A stretch of 64,000 bases of DNA from the NCBI GenBank assembly GCA_965237675.1, contig OZ250150.1:4608001-4672000 (forward strand), read 5' to 3'. Under the pieces are notes generated by a model. It had not been told where the DNA came from, ran no database searches, and worked only from the letters and a program-made list of their open reading frames with translations. The position numbers and the translations under genes are program-made. Of the stretch, positions 30,697 to 40,942 are shown piece after piece; position 1 is the first letter of the stretch, and each line of letters opens with the position of its first letter. Source of the DNA: Candidatus Latescibacterota bacterium (GTDB lineage Bacteria; Latescibacterota; UBA2968; GCA-2709665).

Positions 30697-31092
30697 TTAT
30701 CCGGCCTGCTCGACAGGCAAGCTCGATCCCACTTCCGCCGGAGCCCCACGTTCGCCGACCCAGACCTCGTTTCCGTCGGGATCGCGAACTCGAAATTCCG
30801 TCATGTCGTAGAATGTTACACCGACAGGATTGGGGTCGAAACCTGCGGCAACCAGGCGGTCCCGTACCGTTTCAATTTCGGACGTATCGTAGTAAACGAC
30901 AGTTGAGGCGTTCGATTCCTTGCGTATAGATCGGTCGATCATCACCTGGCAACCGTGTTCACCTTCCAGCACCGCATGGCCCCACTCGTCTCTACGTCGG
31001 ATCACTTGCAGACCCATGCCCTGCGAGTAGAAGTTAATAGACTGATCCAGATCAGTTATTGGAACCATCGAAGTGATACGATGTATGCTCAC
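30697..31092 (-). CDS. VOC/glyoxalase family protein
   Basis: DLDQSINFY...EFRVRDPDGN. Confidence 0.88.
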   Translation of the reverse strand: MSIHRITSMVPITDLDQSINFYSQGMGLQVIRRRDEWGHAVLEGEHGCQVMIDRSIRKESNASTVVYYDTSEIETVRDRLVAAGFDPNPVGVTFYDMTEFRVRDPDGNEVWVGERGAPAEVGSSLPVEQAG

Positions 31093-31133
31093 GGTTTTGC
31101 CTCCCAGCTAAAAGTGCAGCCCCATCCCATGCA

Positions 31134-31922
31134 TCATTTCACGGGATCTCCATACCGTGAACTCAACCACCAATCAGCGTGTGGCATACCACTCTCGTGC
31201 GTTTTTTTCACCAGCAGATCGATATCTATCGGCACGCGACGCAACTCGATGCGAAGGCTCCTATCCTCCCATGTAATAGCTCCATATTCTGCCCAAGGAG
31301 GATATTCCCTATCGTGCAGATCACTCCATGGACGTTGAGTAACTCGGCGTATGCGATCGTGCGCAGGAATAGGAGCACCGACACTTCCAGGATTGATTAT
31401 CGTGCTATCTGCATGATAACGAATCATCTGCGTATGCGTATGTCCTCCAGCCAATACCATAGCGTGATAACCAGACAGCATGCGTTCCATTTCCTCATCT
31501 GGAGTGGCTGAAACAATTACATCTTCATTGGATTGTGGGGAACCGTGATAGCAAAGAAGACTGGTATTCGCATCGAGAGGTATCTCGACCGTTGCCTGGA
31601 ACGTGCGCATGTAGTCGAGATCGTCAGGTGATAGCCTACGGACACCCCAGAATTGAACTTCATTTCCTCGCTTGGCGTTCTTGCTCTTTCCTTCACCTGG
31701 ATGTGGGTTGAGACACCACGTGTCCATGTTACCCATGACGACCGGGGCATTCAGCGTTTTCAAATGGGCGATGACCTCACCTGGTTGGGGGCCTCCAGAG
31801 ACGATATCACCCAAGCACACGATGCGATCAATGTGTTCTGTTTTGAGATCGTTCAAGACAGCTTCTAAAGCCACGAAATTCCCGTGGATATCAGAGATGA
31901 TGGCGATTCGCAAGCGCTTCAT
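31134..31922 (-). CDS. calcineurin-like metallophosphoesterase
   Basis: SDIHGN, GDIV, GNMD, HGSP, GHTH, NPGSVG. Confidence 0.92.
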   Translation of the reverse strand: MKRLRIAIISDIHGNFVALEAVLNDLKTEHIDRIVCLGDIVSGGPQPGEVIAHLKTLNAPVVMGNMDTWCLNPHPGEGKSKNAKRGNEVQFWGVRRLSPDDLDYMRTFQATVEIPLDANTSLLCYHGSPQSNEDVIVSATPDEEMERMLSGYHAMVLAGGHTHTQMIRYHADSTIINPGSVGAPIPAHDRIRRVTQRPWSDLHDREYPPWAEYGAITWEDRSLRIELRRVPIDIDLLVKKTHESGMPHADWWLSSRYGDPVK

Positions 31923-31958
31923 ACCTCCATTGCAGTGAGAAAGATCACAGTGCCGAGG

Positions 31959-32528
31959 TTAAACATCAAGACCAGATAAGCTGTGGATCCATTTGTCCCG
32001 ATCCAAGAGAAATACACACCGCTCGGGCAATATGCGGTTCGCAAATTCGCCCCTACCCGGTCCCGGCGGTATGCGCTCCGTCTCCTCGAAACCCCGCCGG
32101 CGGAGAAGCCGTACGGACCGCTGGTTCGACACGACGCATGTGGCTTCAATCTCATCCAGCCACAGATCCTCAAACCCGAGCTCAAGCAGGGCTCGAACAG
32201 CCTCCGTTGCGAAACCGCGCCCCCAGTATACGGGTGACAATTCGTAACCACGGTCGCCTCGCCGGCTACCGGTATTGTCTGTCCGTACCCCGCAGTCCCC
32301 CAATAATGCTCCGCTCGACCGGTCTGTGATCGCCAACTGAAATCTGCATCTCGGCTCTTCCCGTGACCACCCGATGCACATGTCGACAAAGCGTTTACAC
32401 TCCACCCGCCTATACGCCGGCCGGTAGTAGAATTCCAGGTATCTCGGGTCCTTCCTGAATTCCGCAATGGCGTCCACATCCTGTGGTTTAAGCTCCCGCA
32501 GGCGCAGCCGTTCAGTTAGTTTTTCCAT
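31959..32528 (-). CDS. RimJ/RimL-type GNAT acetyltransferase
   Basis: TERLRLREL, GYELSPVYWGRGFATEA, NQRS. Confidence 0.9.
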   Translation of the reverse strand: MEKLTERLRLRELKPQDVDAIAEFRKDPRYLEFYYRPAYRRVECKRFVDMCIGWSREEPRCRFQLAITDRSSGALLGDCGVRTDNTGSRRGDRGYELSPVYWGRGFATEAVRALLELGFEDLWLDEIEATCVVSNQRSVRLLRRRGFEETERIPPGPGRGEFANRILPERCVFLLDRDKWIHSLSGLDV

Positions 32529-32660
32529 CCCAGGGAACCCATTTGCGAATTTCCACTAACGTGAGTCCGGCTTGCGACCCCGCGCAGTCGGAGTACCGAA
32601 TGGCAGGAGGCCCGGGAACGCCGTAATGCGAAGCCGATGTCGCTCTTCGAGGAGATCCAA

Positions 32661-33188
32661 TCAACGATCGGTCTGATACGAATAAACCACACCCGCGTCA
32701 GAGAAAACCGTAGATAGTTCGGGCACCGAGTCGACGGTGATGAGTTGAATGCACCATCTCCGCAAGATCTCAGGCATTGAATACGATTCCGAACGGATGG
32801 CTTCGACCGGATCTCTCGAGATGTATTCATTGCTGGGCGTCTTCGTGAAATGGCGATCCTCGAAAACATAGACATTGGCCTCAAACTCCATGATCTGCCT
32901 CTCATCCTCCCTATTCACGAAGATGTAACACCTCTTGCACGGGTCGGTCTCTATCCCCAGGTTCAAGAGTTGGCGCCTGGATACTCTAGAGTTTCTGACT
33001 CTTATTCGATGTATCTTTGGGAAAAGGTGAATTGAAATCTCTTCGAAGTCGCCGGCATAGAGCAGGCTGTCCGAAATGTAGCCTGGTTTTGGCCTTGTAC
33101 TGCTGCTCCGAAAATCCTGAGTGCGATAAAATTCCGCTGGATTGAACACCTTTGTCTTCCGTGGAGCAGTTACTTTGTATAAACGCAT
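32661..33188 (-). CDS. hypothetical protein
   Basis: 175-aa open frame co-oriented with its neighbours. Confidence 0.55.
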   Translation of the reverse strand: MRLYKVTAPRKTKVFNPAEFYRTQDFRSSSTRPKPGYISDSLLYAGDFEEISIHLFPKIHRIRVRNSRVSRRQLLNLGIETDPCKRCYIFVNREDERQIMEFEANVYVFEDRHFTKTPSNEYISRDPVEAIRSESYSMPEILRRWCIQLITVDSVPELSTVFSDAGVVYSYQTDR

Positions 33189-33376
33189 TGTGTCGACACC
33201 TGCCTTGCAGCAGAATCAAGCCGATTGCGATCGATCAACGGCCAGCAGGAATACGCCGATATATTCCATTATTTCATATATTTGCCGGGCCCGGATTTTG
33301 AACTGTACTCCTGGCAATGCGTATGATACAAGGTTCAGCAGGCAAGACAAGCCTTCAGAGCCTGTGGAACCTCACT

Positions 33377-33832
33377 TCAACTCACGGTGGGGCGCATCCG
33401 GGTCCGGAGCGGCTCCTCCATGGGTTCTGATTCCGGCCATTCCAAATACTTGGGAATTCCATCGTGAAGATCCAGTACGGCCTCGTCGCAATGAATATGA
33501 CAGCTTGCTTCATGGACGTCGCCCGACTCGGCCAGAACCATGGCGTAAACCACCGTCCTGTCTTTCGCCAGCCGGTTCAGCAGTCCGGACCCGCAATGCC
33601 TGCACCAATGCCGATTGCTTCGTCTATCCTGATAATTTTCGAGTAGTTCGTCGCCTTTCGTGATGTGTACGGCTTCGTCAGGCCAGGTCGCATAGGCGTT
33701 GACCGGGGCCACGTGCCACGTCCTGCAGGTTTTGCAATGGCAATATCCCGCTGTAACCGGTGGCCCTGCCACCTGGATTTTAATCTGACCGCAGAGACAA
33801 CTCCCTTCGTACGTCACAGGATTCGGTGACAT
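33377..33832 (-). CDS. GFA/CENP-V family Zn-binding protein
   Basis: GSCLCG, CHCKTCR, WCRHCGS. Confidence 0.9.
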   Translation of the reverse strand: MSPNPVTYEGSCLCGQIKIQVAGPPVTAGYCHCKTCRTWHVAPVNAYATWPDEAVHITKGDELLENYQDRRSNRHWCRHCGSGLLNRLAKDRTVVYAMVLAESGDVHEASCHIHCDEAVLDLHDGIPKYLEWPESEPMEEPLRTRMRPTVS

Positions 33833-34109
33833 GTCGCCTCCCGTTTCGTTGGGTAACCGATCCGCTCAACATGCTTCAACAGAGAAGAGTTCGTTATCAG
33901 GTTACGCTATAGAGTGTTTCACCAATCTATCCGAACAATCACCATCGACTTCGGGGAGTCGATGGCCTACCGTCTCAGCATCGGTCTACGAAAAAACAGC
34001 TCTATAATCTATTCCAATCAGGAATATAAACCGCCCGTGTCAGAAGAATCCTGAATCGATCGATCATTTAGCGGACGCGCTCCCGGAGTGCAGGCCAAAT
34101 ATGGCGTGT

Positions 34110-34748
34110 CTAGCGCATGCCCACGTCAGTTTTGTAATTTCGACCGATGGAAGTACCAGACGTTTGGTTCACTGTAAGTGCCGCGGTCGTTCTCCAGGTC
34201 GATCGTGATCGGCGCCAGTCCCTCCGGAATGCTAAAACATCCCGACGCTGAATTTCGCTACCGCAAGTTCCGCCGCACTGTTCCTGCGTTTTCGTCAATT
34301 CCATTCTGATGAAGTTGAACTCGCCGCCGTTCGTCTGATTCATGAAGCGTTCGATTTCCCTGAAACCAACTCGTTGATATACCTTGATCGCTCGTCTATT
34401 GAAAGCCGCAACGCGAAGCTGGATGGTTTTCGGTGAGAATCGGGATTGCACGAAATCCAGGCCCGCACGAACGAAATTCGCCCCCAGTCCCTTCCCGGTC
34501 AAATCCGGATGAAGTCCAAGACCGAAATCCGCTACGCCGTCTGAGTTCTGCAACGCAAAGAACCCCACCCATTCGCCAGCGCCATCTCGAACGGCGAACA
34601 TGGAGTCACCCCGAAGCGCGGGATCCAGAAGCTCCGCCAGGTCCTCCGCATCCGCTTCAGCATCATAAAACGCGTACTCGCCCTCGTAATGCCACAAAGC
34701 GATTTTTTCGGCGTCTGATTGAGTCAGAGGTTCAATGCGGAATTGCAT
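34110..34748 (-). CDS. GNAT acetyltransferase (C-terminal tail probably read-through)
   Basis: WHYEGEYAFYD, GLGLHPDLTGKGLG, FNRRAIKVYQRVGF. Confidence 0.85.
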   Translation of the reverse strand: MQFRIEPLTQSDAEKIALWHYEGEYAFYDAEADAEDLAELLDPALRGDSMFAVRDGAGEWVGFFALQNSDGVADFGLGLHPDLTGKGLGANFVRAGLDFVQSRFSPKTIQLRVAAFNRRAIKVYQRVGFREIERFMNQTNGGEFNFIRMELTKTQEQCGGTCGSEIQRRDVLAFRRDWRRSRSTWRTTAALTVNQTSGTSIGRNYKTDVGMR

Positions 34749-36141
34749 AGCTCAACTCGCGAAGCACGTCCACCGCCAGGAGTACGTCCTCCCTGCGACA
34801 GTCGAACTGTCCGACCTGGAAGCGGATGACGAACTGCCCCTCGTGGATCGTATGCGTCAGGTAGATCCTGCCGTCGTCGTTCACCGCACGGAGCAGGCAT
34901 TCGGTGGCGTCGTTGGCATTCTCGCCGTCGGGGGCATACTGGAACGTGAAAAGCGATAGTCGGAGGTCCGTTGTCAGGCGGAATCCGTCCAGCGATGCGA
35001 TCGCGGCGGCGGCCTCCTCGGCCCATGCAATATGGTTTCGGATGCGACGGCGGAGGTCTTCGAGACCGTGAGCGCGGAGCAGGAACCAGAGCTTGAGGGC
35101 CCGGAACCTGCGCCCCAGGGGGATCGTCCACTCGCTGTAGTTGGTAATCTCGGACTGGCCGAGGGTCTGGAGATAGTCCGGCCGAATGCCCAGGGTGCGG
35201 ACCTGGGGTTCCGGGTCCGCGAGAAACTGGATCGAGCAGTCGAACTGCGCGCCGAGCCACTTGTGGGGATTGAAGACGATGCTGTCGGCCCCCTCGACGC
35301 CGTCCCACAATCCCCGTAGCTCAGGGCAGATCATCGCGGATCCGGCCCACGCGGCGTCGACGTGGACGTAGAGATCATACGCTCGCGCGACTTCGATGGC
35401 CGGGCCCACTCGGTCGGACGCGCCGATCGACGTGCCCCCGACACACAACACCACGCCGGCGGGCAGGAACCCCGCCGCGCGATCATCATCGATCTCCGCG
35501 CGGAGCGCCTCCGGGTCGAGCGCGCCGGAAGCGTCGGTCGGGACCTTGACGAGATTCCGCTGGCCGATCCCCGCGATTCGTACCGCCTTGTCGATCGACG
35601 AGTGGGTCTCCGGCGAGGCGTAGATCCTGAGGTGTTGCTCCCCCGCCAGTCCGGAATCGATCCCTCGCCAGTTCAGTGCGCGCTCGCGCATTGTCAGTAC
35701 TGCGCAGAGATTCGCCGTCGTTGCCGTGTCCTGGATCACCCCCTGGAACCCTTCCGGCAGCCCGAGCGCCTGGCGCATCCAGTCGACCATCCGCGTCTCG
35801 ATCTCCGTGGCTGCGGGCGAAGTCTGCCATAGCATGCACTGCGCCGCCATGACCGCCGTCAAATTCTCGGCGATCATCGACGCCGGCGCCGCGTTGGCAG
35901 GGAAGTATGCGAAAAAGCGCGGATGTTGCCAGTGGGTCATGCCGTCCGGCACGATGCGCTCGAAGTCGGCAAAGATCGTCCCCATGTCGTCCGGCGCTTC
36001 CGGCGGCGCCGCGGGCAGCATCGAGGCGATCTCGCCGGGTCGGGTCTGCGCCCGTACGGGCCGGTCCTCCAGCGTGGTCAGGTACCCGGCGCCCCACTGT
36101 GCGGCGCGTTCTGCCCATTGATAGTAGTCTTCTCTTTTCAT
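34732..36141 (-). CDS. PLP-dependent aromatic-L-amino-acid decarboxylase (group II)
   Basis: THWQHPRFFAYFP, SPAATE, HVDAAWAG, NPHKW, LGRRFRALKLW. Confidence 0.93.
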   Translation of the reverse strand: MKREDYYQWAERAAQWGAGYLTTLEDRPVRAQTRPGEIASMLPAAPPEAPDDMGTIFADFERIVPDGMTHWQHPRFFAYFPANAAPASMIAENLTAVMAAQCMLWQTSPAATEIETRMVDWMRQALGLPEGFQGVIQDTATTANLCAVLTMRERALNWRGIDSGLAGEQHLRIYASPETHSSIDKAVRIAGIGQRNLVKVPTDASGALDPEALRAEIDDDRAAGFLPAGVVLCVGGTSIGASDRVGPAIEVARAYDLYVHVDAAWAGSAMICPELRGLWDGVEGADSIVFNPHKWLGAQFDCSIQFLADPEPQVRTLGIRPDYLQTLGQSEITNYSEWTIPLGRRFRALKLWFLLRAHGLEDLRRRIRNHIAWAEEAAAAIASLDGFRLTTDLRLSLFTFQYAPDGENANDATECLLRAVNDDGRIYLTHTIHEGQFVIRFQVGQFDCRREDVLLAVDVLRELSYAIPH

Positions 36142-36433
36142 AGACTTCAATATAACAAAATCGCTACAAAACCACTATTCTTCGTAATTCCAATTGCGGA
36201 AACGGGCTTAAAACGGGCAAATGTGCAAAACATGGGTTCCTGCGGGCATTGTTTCGACTGCCCTGTGGCGGACATGGTATAGAACTTGAAACACGGACCG
36301 GGATTGTATAGCTTGATACCAGACCAGTTTGGTTTTGTCGAAACGCCCGCGTTTCGCTACCCATGAGGTAGAAGTTCCACCACCCTCGAACGTCCCCTAT
36401 TCCCTTGCCCTTTTTCGAGAGGCCGGGAGAGGG

Positions 36434-36632
36434 AAGAGGGGAGACGGTAGAAGTGAGAAAATCGGGTAGAGGGTAGAGGGAAGACGTAAGAGGAGTTGGT
36501 AACTTTATCACATGGCAAGTCACTAATCGGATTCACGCGATATTCAAAAAGAAGTGGATTGCGAAGGTGAGCAAGAAACCGGTGGGGTGCGGTGTGGTCC
36601 TCTTACGTCTTACGTCTCCCGTCTCCCCTCTT
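36434..36632. repeat. nested inverted repeat built from short purine-rich units
   Basis: Two perfect 14-bp pairs: 36434-36447/36619-36632 and 36481-36494/36598-36611. Confidence 0.8.
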
Positions 36633-36659
36633 ACCACTCTTAATCTAGAGAAACTTCCT

Positions 36660-37932
36660 ATGGATACCCTTCCGCTATCTGCACGTCCCGATCTCGCAAA
36701 TTACGTGAAACGGGCGGAAGAACTCGTTGAGGTAGCCGGATCCGAGGAATCCAACCCCGTACACGATTGGTGCAACGAGTGTCTTGACGAGATTGTCCGT
36801 CTCTCCGGACCCGACCTGACGGAATTTGTACAGGGCAGCTATCAGCGCGCCATCGGAGAAGTCGAAAAGGGCGCCCGTGAGATGTCCGCGAAGGCAGGCG
36901 AGGGTGGCCGCGGGTTTGCGCTTTCCGACGCGCAATTTCTCATTGCGCGGGCCCACAGTTTCGAGAGTTGGAACGCGTTTGCCGCACACGTCGACCTGGC
37001 CTCACGCGAGACTGCCGAAGGGGCTGAGTTCGAGGTCGCGGCCGATGCGGTGGTCGACGGGAATCTCCCGAAACTCGAGTCGCTCCTGCGGCGGAAACCG
37101 GCGTTGGCGCACGCCCACTCCGGTCGAATGCACCAGGCGACGCTGCTGTATTACCTCGCCGCCAACGGCGTGGAAGACTTTCGCCAGCGGTCGCCCGCCA
37201 ATGCGCCCGAGATCGCGCCTTCTGCTGGACGCAGGTGCCGTGGTGGATGCCATCTGCGGACCCGGTCAATCCGGAGACACGCCGATGTTGGCGTTGGTGA
37301 CCAGTGTTCATCCACACCTTCGCGGCGTCGCGACCGAACTGATCGAGATATTTGTCAAGGCGGGTTCCAAAGTGGACGGACTAAACGGGGACGGCGCACC
37401 GGTACGTCTGGCCCTCAAGTTCGGATATCCCGAGTCGGCAGCCACCCTGGTACGGCTCGGCGCGGAGGTGAAAACCGTCGTGATGGCCGCCGGTGTGGGC
37501 AGGCTGGACCTGACGAGGGAATTCGTCGAAGACCGTGGCGCATCTAAGGCCGACCTCGCGGAGGCGTTTGAGCTTGCCTGTCGGTTCGGACGGACGGATG
37601 CGGCAGCGTACCTGCTGGCGCAGGGGGCCGACGTGGATGGGCGCGGCGCCTGGAATATGACAGGGCTGATGTGGGCCGCAGGCCAGGGACATCTCGACAC
37701 CATGGCCATGATTTTCGATCACGGCCCCGCACTCGAATTGAGGAACGAGTTTGGAGGCACGTCGATGGGCACCGCCCTGCATTTTGCGACCAACGCGCCA
37801 AACCCGGTGGCCGACTATCCGACCGTGATCGACCTGCTCCTGAACGCGGGATTGAAATTCGAAGGATCCAGGAAAGGAACTGGTGTCGCGAATCTGGATA
37901 CCGTGCTTCGCATACACGGACGGATCGGCTAG
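36660..37932 (+). pseudogene. ankyrin repeat protein, frameshifted near 37215
   Basis: ORF 36567..37547 N-part (LYYLAANGVE) joins ORF 36826..37932 C-part (LLLDAGA, TGLMWAAGQGH); may be an assembly error. Confidence 0.75.
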
Positions 37933-37968
37933 ACCCGCAATCCGTCCAAAGGCATCATCGGAAGAAAA

Positions 37969-38520
37969 TCAAGGCGTAGCCAGGACGGCTGCGCTTTTCT
38001 GTTGGCGAACGCGATTCGCAAAACCGGGTATTGTTTGCCGATCTGAGCACCGCTGGCTCGGCCGCTGAGCCTGAACCCTGAGCCAGTTGCCCCTAAGGCC
38101 TGAACTGAGCCGCCCCCTGAGCCTGTCGAAGGGTCGGCGAAGGGTGTTGAAGCGCGGCGAGCGGTTGCCGAATGCCAGAGCACCAACGGCCCACAGCGAA
38201 ATCCGCTCTGTTAAGGGAAGTTTACTCTTTCTGCGTGATTCCATTGACTCCAAAAGCAAGTCGATCTTGTCGTCATAGTTGGCGACAAGCTTTGGAAGCG
38301 CCCGGAAATCGGCCAAGAAAAAATCGAAACGATCGATCAAAGATCCGTCCTCACCGGCTCCGCCATGACGCCAGGTTTCTTCATCGGACGCCTCCACAGA
38401 CAGATGAAAGAACCAGCAGTCCTGTAGCTCATCGGTACCGCAATACCACATATCGCGGGTATCCTGGTCCAGGAACCGCTCATAGGTACGAGAAATAGGA
38501 ATCGTGCCTCCCGGTTCCAT
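37969..38520 (-). CDS. hypothetical protein whose 3' end runs into a REP cluster
   Basis: RBS AAGGAG and ATG; the last ~60 codons translate repeat and intergenic DNA. Confidence 0.45.
   Translation of the reverse strand: MEPGGTIPISRTYERFLDQDTRDMWYCGTDELQDCWFFHLSVEASDEETWRHGGAGEDGSLIDRFDFFLADFRALPKLVANYDDKIDLLLESMESRRKSKLPLTERISLWAVGALAFGNRSPRFNTLRRPFDRLRGRLSSGLRGNWLRVQAQRPSQRCSDRQTIPGFANRVRQQKSAAVLATP
38062..38150. repeat. nested REP-like cluster
   Basis: Several CTGAGCC left arms, a core CCCTGAGCCTGTCGAAGGG (38115-38133), then CGAAGGG-type right arms. Confidence 0.75.
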
Positions 38521-38991
38521 TTTGTCTCCTTATCGTGCGTCATTCACTTCCATATTTGCCATTTTCACTTTGCAGTTGAATCGAACGTTATCCCGTCAAC
38601 GACCCGACGGTGTGGGTGCAAACGGCGGATCAGACGGTCAGCTTCGCAGCCTCCGACATCGCGTCGTCCGGAAGCAACTACATCAATTTCAACCTGTCTT
38701 CTTCCGCAAGCACGCTCCGCGGCGGCATCGTCGCCGGGGACCGCTTCATCCTGGCCCTGACCCGTCCGCCGACACCTGAACCCACGGCGACGCCCGAGCT
38801 TTAGTCCGTGGTCGTCGGGCCTCATTGGTATAACCCGGAGTTTGCAATGCAGGCGACGGACGCGTGCAAGTACGAACCCATGCGCTCTGTGGATGAGGAC
38901 GGTCGGGGCTATGACCTGGAAAACCTGACATCGGACGAGTACTCTCTTACCGTGAGCTCCCGTCGCCTTCCTGACTTTGCGAACGATATGC

Positions 38992-39020
38992 TTGACAATT
39001 CGCACATAATGCTTTATGCT
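38992..39020 (+). promoter_or_regulatory. sigma70 promoter of the 39160-44379 operon
   Basis: TTGACA-17-TATGCT, about 140 bp before the first ATG. Confidence 0.7.
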
Positions 39021-39159
39021 GAATTAACCACGCCACCACAGGGTTAAATTGGCTATTTTGATGACGAGGAACAGTGGGATGTTCCGGTCATGGCTGTGTT
39101 TACGCCACCATTGATCATGTCGCTGGTTCGGCAGGTCTTTCAAACCCAGGAAACACGAT

Positions 39160-39960
39160 ATGGACAGTATCGAACAAGCATTTGACAACTCCGAAAATGC
39201 AGCGAAATCAGCCCTCCAATCCGCTACCAACCTGGTGAAGTTGTCCAGACGTCTGCAAAAGGCGGCCAAAGAGGGTAACATCGCTGTAATCAAGAAGTCC
39301 CGAGGCGGATTTAACGACGCCCTGGAGAACCTGACGCAGGTGGTGGCAGACGCTGTCCAATCCTGGCCCTATGGAGATGAAGAAGTGGAAGAATACCTCA
39401 AGGGTGGCTATACTGACGAACTGCGTCGTGCCGCCTCGGAAATGGGCCTGGAAATCCATGAACGGGACAAGCAGTTGATCTCACACCCGTCCACCTTGCG
39501 AATTTTAACCGAGGATGAGGCGGTCCGAATCGACAACAAGAAGATCTCGACCATTAAGCCGTCCTACCTGGTCGATCTGCTGATCGCGAATCAGAGGAAG
39601 CGCAGCCGCTTCTCGGCTAAACGCTTTCTGGAGGCCCTGTACAAAGTGTACTCGGAGCTTGTGAAGGAAGATTCTTCGGACGGACTCATGACGGGCGGCT
39701 CCGGGCGCGTGGTACTTTTGGCCAGAATCTACAGGTTGTTCACGTCTCTGCCGGGCAGTGGACGAGATTATGCTCAAATTGACTTTGCCCGAGACCTTTA
39801 CCAGTTGGAAACAAGCGGAGTCTCTAAGACGACGTCAGGCGCCAGTATATTCTTCCACGCATCCACGGGAACCCGAGGCGCCAGAAACGTCTTCACCTTT
39901 GTCGGGCCACACGGCCAGGACATCAAGTACTACGGCATTCGGTTTACGAGGGACGAGTGA
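39160..39960 (+). CDS. hypothetical protein (helical N-terminus, alpha/beta C-terminus), first gene of operon
   Basis: Intact 266 aa; its stop overlaps the next start (GTGATG). Confidence 0.85.
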   Translation: MDSIEQAFDNSENAAKSALQSATNLVKLSRRLQKAAKEGNIAVIKKSRGGFNDALENLTQVVADAVQSWPYGDEEVEEYLKGGYTDELRRAASEMGLEIHERDKQLISHPSTLRILTEDEAVRIDNKKISTIKPSYLVDLLIANQRKRSRFSAKRFLEALYKVYSELVKEDSSDGLMTGGSGRVVLLARIYRLFTSLPGSGRDYAQIDFARDLYQLETSGVSKTTSGASIFFHASTGTRGARNVFTFVGPHGQDIKYYGIRFTRDE

Positions 39961-40928
39961 TGCACAACACAATCTCCATCTCGCTCAAAGGCTGGCTGCA
40001 GGTCATTGATGAAGAGTACCTTTCGTCGTTCGTCCGAGACGGCGGCGCGTCGATCAAGTTCGCAGTGCCATCAAACGAGGGCTCCAGGGCTGGTTTGTAC
40101 GCAAAAATGGAGGCTAGTTGCCATGAGTTGGACTATCTTTTCATTAAGCTGAACGCAAAGACGATGCGGGCGCACATGCCGCAGGACTTCTTCTTCATGA
40201 TTGCCAGGCAAGTCGATTGGCGGCGGCTGGCACGCCGTATGATCCTGAAGCTGGCCAACGAGAAGGGCTACCGGATTGAGGGAATATGTCCCGGCGTGGA
40301 CGGCAACGTCTTCGACGCCATCGCGACAGTCAACGGTCTCGAATCGGAGTTCGTTCTCGGAAACCTGAGGCCGATGATACAGAACACTGTCTTCAAGAAC
40401 ACGAAGATGGCGAGAGATTTCCGGGTGTGTATGAGCCATCTTTGCATGGAAGAAAACAGTATTGGCGGGTACATGGGCGAGCCGCTATTGGAGTGGCTGA
40501 CGGGCGAGAACACGCGGATTAGCGGCGTCCGGCCCTTTTCCATCTACACCAGTATCAATCGTAACACGGCCAGATACTTCATCGAATCGGCCCTCTACTG
40601 GATTCATCATGTGGGGCACTCCGGAACTGTAGTATTGTTTGACAACGCACGCGTAACGGTGGCTAGAAATCCGAAGGACGATCTGCGCTACTACACCAGA
40701 GCCATGGCGATGGAACACTACGAGTTACTGCGGGAATTTATCGACGGCGTTGACCGGTTGACGAGCACGGTACTGGTGGTCGTAACCAACAACGATTTCC
40801 TCGACGACAGTGGCGATCGCAGGTCCCGAGGCTACGGGATATATGAGGCCCTGCGCACCCGGGTGATGGACGATGTTCGCGATAGGAACAGGGTCAATCC
40901 GGTCGCATCCCTGGTGCGGCTGACATAG
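39957..40928 (+). CDS. degenerate DUF2791/BrxD-like P-loop family protein
   Basis: EEYLSSFVRDGGASIKF, LLEWLTGE, VVLFD, YELLREFID, GIYEALRTR resemble DUF2791 proteins; no GxxGxGK. Confidence 0.7.
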   Translation: MMHNTISISLKGWLQVIDEEYLSSFVRDGGASIKFAVPSNEGSRAGLYAKMEASCHELDYLFIKLNAKTMRAHMPQDFFFMIARQVDWRRLARRMILKLANEKGYRIEGICPGVDGNVFDAIATVNGLESEFVLGNLRPMIQNTVFKNTKMARDFRVCMSHLCMEENSIGGYMGEPLLEWLTGENTRISGVRPFSIYTSINRNTARYFIESALYWIHHVGHSGTVVLFDNARVTVARNPKDDLRYYTRAMAMEHYELLREFIDGVDRLTSTVLVVVTNNDFLDDSGDRRSRGYGIYEALRTRVMDDVRDRNRVNPVASLVRLT

Positions 40929-40942
40929 GAAGGTGGAAGGCA

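Noticed and set aside
38610-39047. Two short plus-strand ORFs as part of the operon
   Set aside because: Separated by an in-frame TAG, no clear start, PTPEPTATP linker typical of a surface-protein fragment; the operon promoter lies inside the second ORF
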